DNA of 20,449 bases from a virus: UHGV virus genome UHGV-0200630. One strand, written 5' to 3'. Within the stretch, counting starts at the first letter, position 1; the number at the start of each line of letters is the position of its first letter. The position numbers and the translations under genes were made by a program. The notes below the pieces were generated by a model, which had not been told where the DNA came from, did no database searches, and worked only from the letters and a program-made list of their open reading frames with translations. Shown here piece by piece: positions 1-6,926 of the stretch.

Positions 1-78
1 TGGTTTGGCGATTGATCAGATCGCACAATCCGGGCTGAGTTCCCTTTCAGTGATCTACTATTCCGCGCAGCTATTTAG
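1..78. repeat. Left terminal inverted repeat (78 bp), exact reverse complement of 20371-20448
   Basis: Read directly: reverse complement of 20371-20448 equals 1-78 base for base; identity breaks at position 79. Contains three GATC sites (14-17, 19-22, 52-55) and begins 5'-TG. Confidence 0.95.
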
Positions 79-325
79 CAAGAGTTGAACGAACAGTGGT
101 ATAAAGTTTCTGAACTTGAGCGATTTCTTTAAAAACAGGAGTTCCGTCTTCGTGTTGAATACAATTCAGAATCATTCGGTCGTTACGTTCTTCTGTGTTT
201 TCATTTTTGAAATAGAATTCACCGAATTCAGATACGGTCATAGGACGAGCATAGAATTTAAAGCCGTTGATTTCTACTGGTTCGCGAGAAGGCGAAAGAC
301 TTGCTAACATTTCATCGAAATTCAT
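71..325 (-). CDS. Hypothetical protein (84 aa)
   Basis: ORF with ATG at 325-323 and AAGGGA-like SD 8-10 nt upstream; stop codon TAG lies inside the left ITR. No recognisable family. Confidence 0.5.
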   Translation of the reverse strand: MNFDEMLASLSPSREPVEINGFKFYARPMTVSEFGEFYFKNENTEERNDRMILNCIQHEDGTPVFKEIAQVQKLYTTVRSTLAK

Positions 326-361
326 TTTTGTTTCCCTTTGTTGAGTTTTCTTTTATTTATG

Positions 362-388
362 AAAAAGGGAGCGCGAGGCTCCCTTTTG
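362..388 (-). terminator. Intrinsic terminator (bidirectional-looking) after the 105-aa gene
   Basis: Stem GGGAGC (367-372) / GCTCCC (378-383) with 5-nt loop, flanked by A5 (362-366) and TTTTG (384-388); on the minus strand the hairpin is followed by U5. Same stem sequence as the terminator at 18769-18791. Confidence 0.6.
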
Positions 389-706
389 TTATTTCCATTG
401 AAAGAAATATCCGTACATTCTGAAACCTTTGTGGATATATTCAATCATTCCTAAGTTCTTCGCTTCGGTCTCAAAAAATGGACCTTGCAGTCGAACTGTC
501 TGTCCTAATTTGAAATGACAATTAGGTTTTTTCTTCTGTGTTGAAACAATAAAAACGTTCTTATCGTTGAACAGATATTTTTTAATTCGCTTATCTTTGA
601 TGTGTTCGCAACCGTAAGGAACAGTCATTGACTCGGGATTAATCTCGTTAACGTAGATGTCGGCAAGTTCGTCTAATCTGTAAGTATCAAAATCGTGAAT
701 GTTCAT
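389..706 (-). CDS. Hypothetical protein (105 aa)
   Basis: ATG at 706-704 preceded by AAGGAGA with 5-nt spacer; ends directly at the terminator. No recognisable family. Confidence 0.6.
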   Translation of the reverse strand: MNIHDFDTYRLDELADIYVNEINPESMTVPYGCEHIKDKRIKKYLFNDKNVFIVSTQKKKPNCHFKLGQTVRLQGPFFETEAKNLGMIEYIHKGFRMYGYFFQWK

Positions 707-723
707 TTGTTCTCCTTTTGACT

Positions 724-1266
724 TTATTTAGTACCCGCAACACGCTTAACGGTTTTGAATATATCGTCAGAGATTTGATTCCATGAACCCAGAGTTTTTC
801 TTCTGTGTTGATTTTTCTTGAATACAGCAATTAAACGACGGTCTTGCTTTTTAACGTTAGTTTTAATGAGGATCGTTCGAGTTACGCCATCTTTTTTTTG
901 CTTGACAGCTTCAAGATTATTTCTTGATTTCAAGTTAGGAATGTTACCGAATTTGTTCTTTGAACCTCTTACACCAGTTGGAACAAACTTGTTAATTCCT
1001 TTGTTATCATCAATTAACGGAGCAAGATAATCAGCCTGCTTGTCTTTGATGAATATTCTATTTCGTGACCCGTTCTGATCGTATCTGAAACTGAAACCTA
1101 CTGCGTTCTTAGTGAAATTAACTGGTCCATCGACTCGTCTGTTGATTTTTCTTTGCAACTCAACAGAAGCGAGTTTAGACGCTTTGGTTACTTTCTTACT
1201 GAACACGTCAGATTCTTTGATTCGCCATTTTTCAAGGTCTTTCATAACATCTTTTGCTTTTGCCAT
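724..1266 (-). CDS. Highly basic Lys/Arg-rich protein (180 aa), possible DNA-binding or virion-associated protein
   Basis: ATG at 1266-1264 with AGGAG SD (7-nt spacer); TAATG overlap with upstream gene stop (1266-1268). Very high K/R content throughout. Function not recognised. Confidence 0.6.
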   Translation of the reverse strand: MAKAKDVMKDLEKWRIKESDVFSKKVTKASKLASVELQRKINRRVDGPVNFTKNAVGFSFRYDQNGSRNRIFIKDKQADYLAPLIDDNKGINKFVPTGVRGSKNKFGNIPNLKSRNNLEAVKQKKDGVTRTILIKTNVKKQDRRLIAVFKKNQHRRKTLGSWNQISDDIFKTVKRVAGTK

Positions 1267-1463
1267 TAGTTCACTCCTGACATCAGAAGCGTCCCAAATG
1301 TTTTTATCTGTTCTTCGCTGATAAGAATCATTTTAGGTGCTTTAATATCGAAAGCTTGCAGAACAGGAACAGCAACAGTGTTATAAGTTATAGTAACGAG
1401 AAATAGAACAATAAGATAATCTTTAGCGTGTTTTGCCAATGCTTGGAGATATTTCATTTTCAT
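1266..1463 (-). CDS. Small single-pass membrane protein (65 aa), possible lysis-associated (holin-like) protein
   Basis: ATG at 1463-1461 with AGGTGA SD; one hydrophobic helix (DYLIVLFLVTITYNTVAVPVL); overlaps the 3' end of the endonuclease VII gene by 41 nt. Real coding status uncertain. Confidence 0.4.
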   Translation of the reverse strand: MKMKYLQALAKHAKDYLIVLFLVTITYNTVAVPVLQAFDIKAPKMILISEEQIKTFGTLLMSGVN

Positions 1464-1899
1464 ATTTCACCTTTATTTGGTTTGAGTAGACTTTTTCAAG
1501 CTCCTTTTTCGTTTTAAGGTTTGAACCTGTAATAGCTTTCATCTCAGAAAGATTTTTTCGAGAGAACGCCTTCTTTAAATCAGGAATAAGTTGTGGATGC
1601 GTAGGATTGTCTGAGTAGTCTTTTTCAAGATACTGAACAAGATTCTTCAAAAACTCGATGTAGTCAATTTTCCCATCGAGACCCGAACGTTTAAACTGAT
1701 GTTTTATTCTGCCCTCTAGGACGTTTGCTTGAGCGATTAATAATCCTCTGCATCTGCCTGCGTTAGAGCCTGTTAATATATGGTCATGGTCAAGATGGGC
1801 TTTATTAACTTCATGAATCTTTATGCCAGTTAAAGCACAAAGACCTTTTTGCTTTTGAAAGAGTTCTTGCTTATAAATCGGAATCTCTTTTCTTTTCAT
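1423..1899 (-). CDS. Endonuclease VII-like Holliday junction / branched-DNA resolvase (T4 gp49 family), 158 aa
   Basis: Translation contains HLDHDH, GLL..N..EG, KHQFKRSGL.GK.DY.EFL.NL..YL..DY and FSR...SEM, matching T4 endonuclease VII as I recall it. ATGA overlap with upstream gene; AAGAGGA SD. Confidence 0.85.
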   Translation of the reverse strand: MKRKEIPIYKQELFQKQKGLCALTGIKIHEVNKAHLDHDHILTGSNAGRCRGLLIAQANVLEGRIKHQFKRSGLDGKIDYIEFLKNLVQYLEKDYSDNPTHPQLIPDLKKAFSRKNLSEMKAITGSNLKTKKELEKVYSNQIKVKYENEISPSIGKTR

Positions 1900-2180
1900 T
1901 TTCCTCTTAGAACTGCTAGGTCGATATCTAGCTTTGCTGTTCTTCCTTCTAAATTCTTCAAATCAGATTTGACCTCTCGAAATTCATCCTGTTGTCGTGT
2001 TATATCGCTTATAAGCGAAGCATCTTTTGCGTCATTAACGGCTATGCTTTTTTCGATGTCTGAGAAACGTTTCTCAAGGTCAATTCGTTTTTCATTGTTT
2101 GATTTAATTTCGGCATAAACCCAAGCCAAGAAACCTCCTAGAGCACCCAAGATGGAAATGATCAGTGCTATATCGACCAT
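1896..2180 (-). CDS. Membrane-anchored coiled-coil protein (94 aa), candidate i-spanin-like or other lysis/envelope protein
   Basis: N-terminal TM segment (IALIISILGALGGFLAWVYA) followed by charged, heptad-like region; ATG at 2180 with AAGGAGA SD (6-nt spacer). Confidence 0.6.
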   Translation of the reverse strand: MVDIALIISILGALGGFLAWVYAEIKSNNEKRIDLEKRFSDIEKSIAVNDAKDASLISDITRQQDEFREVKSDLKNLEGRTAKLDIDLAVLRGK

Positions 2181-2225
2181 CTTGAATCTCCTTTTTAAAA
2201 GACCTCCTTGTCTTTATTTAGAACG

Positions 2226-5200
2226 TTATTGTTGTTTACTGATAAAGTAAACTGCTCTTGCTGCGGTCGCATGATTCAAGTCAGCACCGTAACTCAAATC
2301 AACAGCTTGTCCCGCATAGATAATGCCTGTACCACCGTTTGAACCACTCATTGCACTGGTAACTGTTCTTACGATTTCTTGACCGTTCGACATATTAATC
2401 CATGCAGTTCCGTAGCCCCAAGCACCACCGGAATAAGTTCTGCCTGAAATCGAAAGGTTTGGAATAGAAATTACTCTGTTCCAGTTAACAGCAGGAATAT
2501 GAACTGTTGTCCACGGATCTATATGACCCATTTTGATAACGTCACCTTCAATTCTGTCAGCGTATACAGTTCCTGTGAAATAACCTGAACCGCCTCTGAT
2601 TTCACCTGCGAAATAACCAGAATCTGCTTGAATGTTACCTCTGATATTAACGTTTTGGAAAGAAGCCCAACCGTCTTTTCTGATTGTCCAACCTTGAGTA
2701 CCACCGGAAGGGAACCAGTTATCAGAAGATATTTCATAAGCAATCTGTGCTGAACCGATCTGAGCATTACCAATTTTCGCAGTAGTAATCGCACCGTTTT
2801 CAATCTTCGCGTTGTTAATAGCACCGTTTTGAATCTTAGCGTTGTTAATAGAAGCATCTGCAATCTGTGCTGAACCGATAGAAGCATTACGAATCATTGC
2901 AGAATCCATATAAACTCTGTTATCAGCGACCATAAACGGAGCAACAGCACCCGCAGGAGTATTGTTATTCGTTATAGCGATTTTATCAGCGTTAAAAACA
3001 ATACTAGACTGTTTTGAACCGTCAGGATTCTTATTAGCCAGCATACTGATACCAGCAACAACACCGTCGGCATTAGTCTGAACTGCCCATTTGCTATTAA
3101 TCGTTCCTGTTAAGTCGTCAACGCTTGCTTTTGATTCTTGACTAACTGTTGCAATAGCTGTGTTTGTTTCAGCTTTCAATTGATTAATTGAACTTGCGGT
3201 TGCTTGTCTATCATCAGCTTGAGTTTTTTCAACTTTCGTAATAGCCGAGTTAAGTTTTCCATCAAAGTTAGATTCTTGAATACTGATAGCCTGATTGATA
3301 GCGCCATTAGTTTCATTAGTAATCTGAGTATGAAGTTCGGTGTTTTTCGTCGTGATAGTCTGATTTAATTCAGTAGTAACTTTTTGCTCGGATGCTGTAA
3401 CTTTCGTATCAGTGTATTTGTTAGCGAGGTCTAATGCTTCATCGATAGCACCATCAACACGTTTATCCAAATCAAGCAAATCGTTTAACTGTTCTTTCAT
3501 ATCGTCAGTCCACGGAATATCCCATTTCATATCGATAAACTTCGATTCTGACCAAGTAATCTGGTCTTGTCCGAATACGTCATACCAAGCTGAACGAACA
3601 TAGAATTGACCATCTTCTAATGGAAAATTATCTAAGAACGGACTTGAACTTGAATAAACGTGAACAATTTCATTAAAACTCTGGTCTTTCGCAATATGAA
3701 CGATTGTGCCTTTGAAGTCAGGAACTTCAGGCTTATTATCGCGTGGGTCATTCCAAGAGCACATCAGCATTCCAGGACCATTCGAAGCTGTGAAACCTTG
3801 AATAGCAGGAGCTTGATTGTTCTTAACAGTAATAACAGCAGGATCTGACTTCATACCAGCGTGACCGTATGCAGTAACAGAAACTTTCAATTCACGACTC
3901 AGACCATTACCCAAGTTCATATTAAAGTCATATACAAAACCTAAGTCTTTAGTCTTGTAAATTACAGGACGCTGACCTTCAATTTTGATTTCGTAATATT
4001 GAAAAACTTCACCGAATGTCTGTAACGTGTCGTCAACATAGAATTTCTGTGCGCTCTGGTCGTCCCAGGCGAATTCAAATTGAGTCTTGTTAGTGGTGTA
4101 TTGATTTTCAACTGCGTTCACTAGGTGCAGTCCTGTAACGACTGGTAAGTTATACATAACCTCAGGGTTAACGTTATTGACATAAACCCAATCTGAACGA
4201 TACACAACACCAGAAGCACAAACACGAATATCAAATTTCTGATTAGGGTCAAGACTCATAATCAAGAAATAATCGCCTGATGTGAAACCTGCTTGAATCC
4301 AAGAGTTCTTACCAGCAAGACTATACTGAATATAATAACCTGCGCGATTATAATCAGGTTCAGACGTCCATTGAACTTTCAGAGTTCTTCCTAAAGCTGT
4401 TTCAGCAACTGCTTTAACTGTCAGATTCTTAGGAGCAATCAGAACAGATTTATTAGGAATGTTGCTTCCTGTGTTATCAGGGTCTTTCGCGTAGTCAAGA
4501 TTGGTATAAACTTCTTCGATATATTCAGAAGCAGTAATAGTAACGATACCAGCAGCACCTTTATTCATCGAACGATCGATATTAGTAATACGCCATAATG
4601 AATTCACAAGTTCCAGTTCAGAGAAATTAACTCTGATAACATCCCAGACCTGTGCGGTATAAGCATCAGCAGTTGAAAAACTAATAACTTGCTTTAACAG
4701 AGATTTGTTACGTTCGATTGAAGCAATTTTATCCAACTGAGATTTTGATTTCACGAATCTGTAACTGATATCTTTAGCGATAATACGTTTATCTTTCGCG
4801 ATTGTTCCATCATTTGTTACGTCAGACGGATAACGCAGAACTTGGTCAGAATAGTCAATCGACGGATCTTGATATTTCACGTTCAGAGTATTGTAATAAT
4901 TCTCAGAACCGCCATCGTTTAAGCTAACAGTACCAGCGTTAATATTATCTTCGTTGAAGTCATATTGAACAACATCAGGTCCATCGATTCTGCATGTTAC
5001 TTTACCGAAAGTCTCTGTGATAATACCGTTAAATGCACCTGCAAGCTGAGTTAAGTTTTCTTTGAATGAACCGTTCGGGTCAGTTGCACCATCAGAAAAT
5101 AAACTGTTCAGTTTTGCATATCGAGCAGCTTCTTTAAAACTATCAAGGTCGATTTTATCAATCTGAATTCCAAGACCGTATCTATCATTTGTTAGATAAT

Positions 5201-5915
5201 CAACAATCTGACTCGGACCGTTGTTCGAGGAAACGCGTTCTCCTGTGTTCAGATCTGTAATCAAACGTCCTCTAACGTCAACAGATACTTGACTGTTAGG
5301 TTGCAGGATATCAGCTTGGTTTTGAAGGTCTGAGTTACGTTTGCGCATAACAACACAACAAGCAGCGATGTTATTACCAGTAGCAGAATCAGGCCAGCCA
5401 GCATCTGAATTTCCTAGATATTTCTGAGCAAGAGTAAAAACGTGACCGTATGGCTTACCAGTTGAGAATTCAACTTCAACATATTGCTGATATTCAGCAG
5501 CGATTGAACCTTTCGGAAGAACACCGTCTTTATAAACGCCATCAAGTAAGATTTTCTGATTATCCATATAAAGGTTTTTGAAGCTATCAACTTCACCTTC
5601 ACAGATTGCAAAGATCTGAACCAAATATGTCGTATCAACGCCAACAGCTTTCCAAACGTTAATCGTACCTGTACGCTGTTCACCATAGATAATAGGAATA
5701 ACACTTGATGGATCTGACGTTGTTCCTAATGTCGTTGCTGTGTCTGTGCTGTTAAATCGGGGAACGTTCTGCGCCATCTGAGTTGACATCAAAGCAGAAA
5801 CAGCAGCAACAGCGACACCAATACCAATTGCCAAAGCAAGAGCAGCACCCGCAGCGTAAGCAGCAGCAGCCGCGGAAGCACCTGCGATAATTGCACCAAT
5901 AGCTACAATAGCCAT
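2226..5915 (-). CDS. Tail tip / host specificity protein, lambda gpJ-like (1229 aa) with atypical hydrophobic N-terminus
   Basis: Strong SD AGGAGA (6-nt spacer). Middle and C-terminal regions (e.g. FMVADNRVYMDSAMIRN..., GTVYADRIEGDVIK) resemble lambda J as I recall it, including fibronectin-III-like stretches. Residues 1-45 are an Ala/Gly/Ile-rich hydrophobic segment. Confidence 0.85.
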   Translation of the reverse strand: MAIVAIGAIIAGASAAAAAYAAGAALALAIGIGVAVAAVSALMSTQMAQNVPRFNSTDTATTLGTTSDPSSVIPIIYGEQRTGTINVWKAVGVDTTYLVQIFAICEGEVDSFKNLYMDNQKILLDGVYKDGVLPKGSIAAEYQQYVEVEFSTGKPYGHVFTLAQKYLGNSDAGWPDSATGNNIAACCVVMRKRNSDLQNQADILQPNSQVSVDVRGRLITDLNTGERVSSNNGPSQIVDYLTNDRYGLGIQIDKIDLDSFKEAARYAKLNSLFSDGATDPNGSFKENLTQLAGAFNGIITETFGKVTCRIDGPDVVQYDFNEDNINAGTVSLNDGGSENYYNTLNVKYQDPSIDYSDQVLRYPSDVTNDGTIAKDKRIIAKDISYRFVKSKSQLDKIASIERNKSLLKQVISFSTADAYTAQVWDVIRVNFSELELVNSLWRITNIDRSMNKGAAGIVTITASEYIEEVYTNLDYAKDPDNTGSNIPNKSVLIAPKNLTVKAVAETALGRTLKVQWTSEPDYNRAGYYIQYSLAGKNSWIQAGFTSGDYFLIMSLDPNQKFDIRVCASGVVYRSDWVYVNNVNPEVMYNLPVVTGLHLVNAVENQYTTNKTQFEFAWDDQSAQKFYVDDTLQTFGEVFQYYEIKIEGQRPVIYKTKDLGFVYDFNMNLGNGLSRELKVSVTAYGHAGMKSDPAVITVKNNQAPAIQGFTASNGPGMLMCSWNDPRDNKPEVPDFKGTIVHIAKDQSFNEIVHVYSSSSPFLDNFPLEDGQFYVRSAWYDVFGQDQITWSESKFIDMKWDIPWTDDMKEQLNDLLDLDKRVDGAIDEALDLANKYTDTKVTASEQKVTTELNQTITTKNTELHTQITNETNGAINQAISIQESNFDGKLNSAITKVEKTQADDRQATASSINQLKAETNTAIATVSQESKASVDDLTGTINSKWAVQTNADGVVAGISMLANKNPDGSKQSSIVFNADKIAITNNNTPAGAVAPFMVADNRVYMDSAMIRNASIGSAQIADASINNAKIQNGAINNAKIENGAITTAKIGNAQIGSAQIAYEISSDNWFPSGGTQGWTIRKDGWASFQNVNIRGNIQADSGYFAGEIRGGSGYFTGTVYADRIEGDVIKMGHIDPWTTVHIPAVNWNRVISIPNLSISGRTYSGGAWGYGTAWINMSNGQEIVRTVTSAMSGSNGGTGIIYAGQAVDLSYGADLNHATAARAVYFISKQQ

Positions 5916-6331
5916 TATTTTCTCCTGTTAAAAATTAATTCAAAATTAAAATCGTTGACGTTTATCAGTTGATATTTATTTTCATGTTCAACTAATGCTC
6001 TATTATTAAAAACGATAGATGCAACGTAATAGACACGGTTTTTATGTTTTTTCTTAATTAAGATAACCGAGCCTGTTTCTATAGTTTCTGATTTCTCAAG
6101 ATGCGTTTCACACGCTTCGAGAACGTTATTAAAACCAGTTAGCTCTTTGCAAATCTTGAGACCTTCAGGAATACTCGTGTATTTGTCTTTTAATTTGTCT
6201 GTGTATTCAGTAGCACAAACAAGGTCGATATATTCAGCAACAAGGATATTACAGTCGTTTTGACCGAAAACGTGTTGCTGATTGATATAGCGGTTAAGTA
6301 ATTTTGATAAGTCAGCTTGAAATTTAAACAT
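5915..6331 (-). CDS. Putative tail tip assembly protein with lambda gpK-like NlpC/P60 cysteine peptidase domain (138 aa)
   Basis: Immediately upstream of the J-like gene with TAATG coupling; GAGGTG SD. Motif FGQNDCNILVAEY resembles the Cys-containing motif of NlpC/P60 (lambda K C-terminal domain); later HxN/His candidates. Functional call is tentative. Confidence 0.55.
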   Translation of the reverse strand: MFKFQADLSKLLNRYINQQHVFGQNDCNILVAEYIDLVCATEYTDKLKDKYTSIPEGLKICKELTGFNNVLEACETHLEKSETIETGSVILIKKKHKNRVYYVASIVFNNRALVEHENKYQLINVNDFNFELIFNRRK

Positions 6332-6362
6332 GTTTCACCTCTGACTTTATTTAGAGCCAAAA

Positions 6363-6386
6363 AAAGACCCCTTGCGGAGTCTTTTT
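6363..6386. terminator. Bidirectional intrinsic terminator-like hairpin
   Basis: A-tract, imperfect GC stem (GACCCC/GGAGTC with TTGC loop), T5 on plus strand and U7 on minus strand; sits directly 3' of the 158-aa gene. Confidence 0.5.
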
Positions 6387-6388
6387 AA

Positions 6389-6865
6389 TTAATCACTTGA
6401 TGTCAAATCAACAACACCAGAAACAACAGGACCACCATCAACACTCAGTGTCATTGTCAGACCTTGAACTTCTGATTCACCGCCATTATGAACAGCGCTT
6501 GACAAGAAGCCGTTATAAACTTTTGCAACACCCAGTTTTTTAGTAGCATCAATCCAATAAACGATTTTAAACTGACCACGTTTACCATCTTCCGCAAGCT
6601 TAATCAGAACATCATGAACGCTTTCTGGAATATAGTTAACGGTCAAGTCGATATCAGGAACAGAGCCACGACCAACCAGTTTACGGGAGTATTTGTGAGA
6701 GAAGTTAGGAGCTGTAATAACTTCGCGTTCAATACCCGTAGAAGGGAATGCACCAGTTTCAGGAATTTCAACAAACTTTTCTGAATTCAGATCGGTGTTT
6801 GCAATTTCTGAGTTATAGAACACACTGACGTAAGAGCCAGCAAAAATATCAAATTTGTCTGCCAT
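6389..6865 (-). CDS. Putative abundant virion structural protein (158 aa), possibly tail tube/distal tail-like
   Basis: Isolated between two hairpins (6904-6926 and 6363-6386), suggesting separate high expression; AGGAAA SD. Gly/Val/Ser-rich sequence that I read as beta-rich. Family not recognised from sequence alone. Confidence 0.6.
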   Translation of the reverse strand: MADKFDIFAGSYVSVFYNSEIANTDLNSEKFVEIPETGAFPSTGIEREVITAPNFSHKYSRKLVGRGSVPDIDLTVNYIPESVHDVLIKLAEDGKRGQFKIVYWIDATKKLGVAKVYNGFLSSAVHNGGESEVQGLTMTLSVDGGPVVSGVVDLTSSD

Positions 6866-6903
6866 TTTTAATTTCCTATTTGAGTTAATATAGTTTATTT
6901 AGC

Positions 6904-6926
6904 AAAGGGGATTTCTCCCCTTTTTG
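6904..6926 (+). terminator. Hairpin with T-tract on plus strand (antisense to operon) between fiber gene and 158-aa gene
   Basis: GGGGA (6907-6911) / TCCCC (6916-6920), loop TTTC, followed by TTTTTG on plus strand; only UUUGC on minus strand. Confidence 0.4.

Noticed and set aside
2519-2887. 122-aa minus-strand ORF inside the J-like gene in another frame (also 5414-5704, 3412-3603, 3660-3848)
   Set aside because: Fully embedded in the 1229-aa ORF, Leu/Arg-rich low-complexity translation, no independent start signals.
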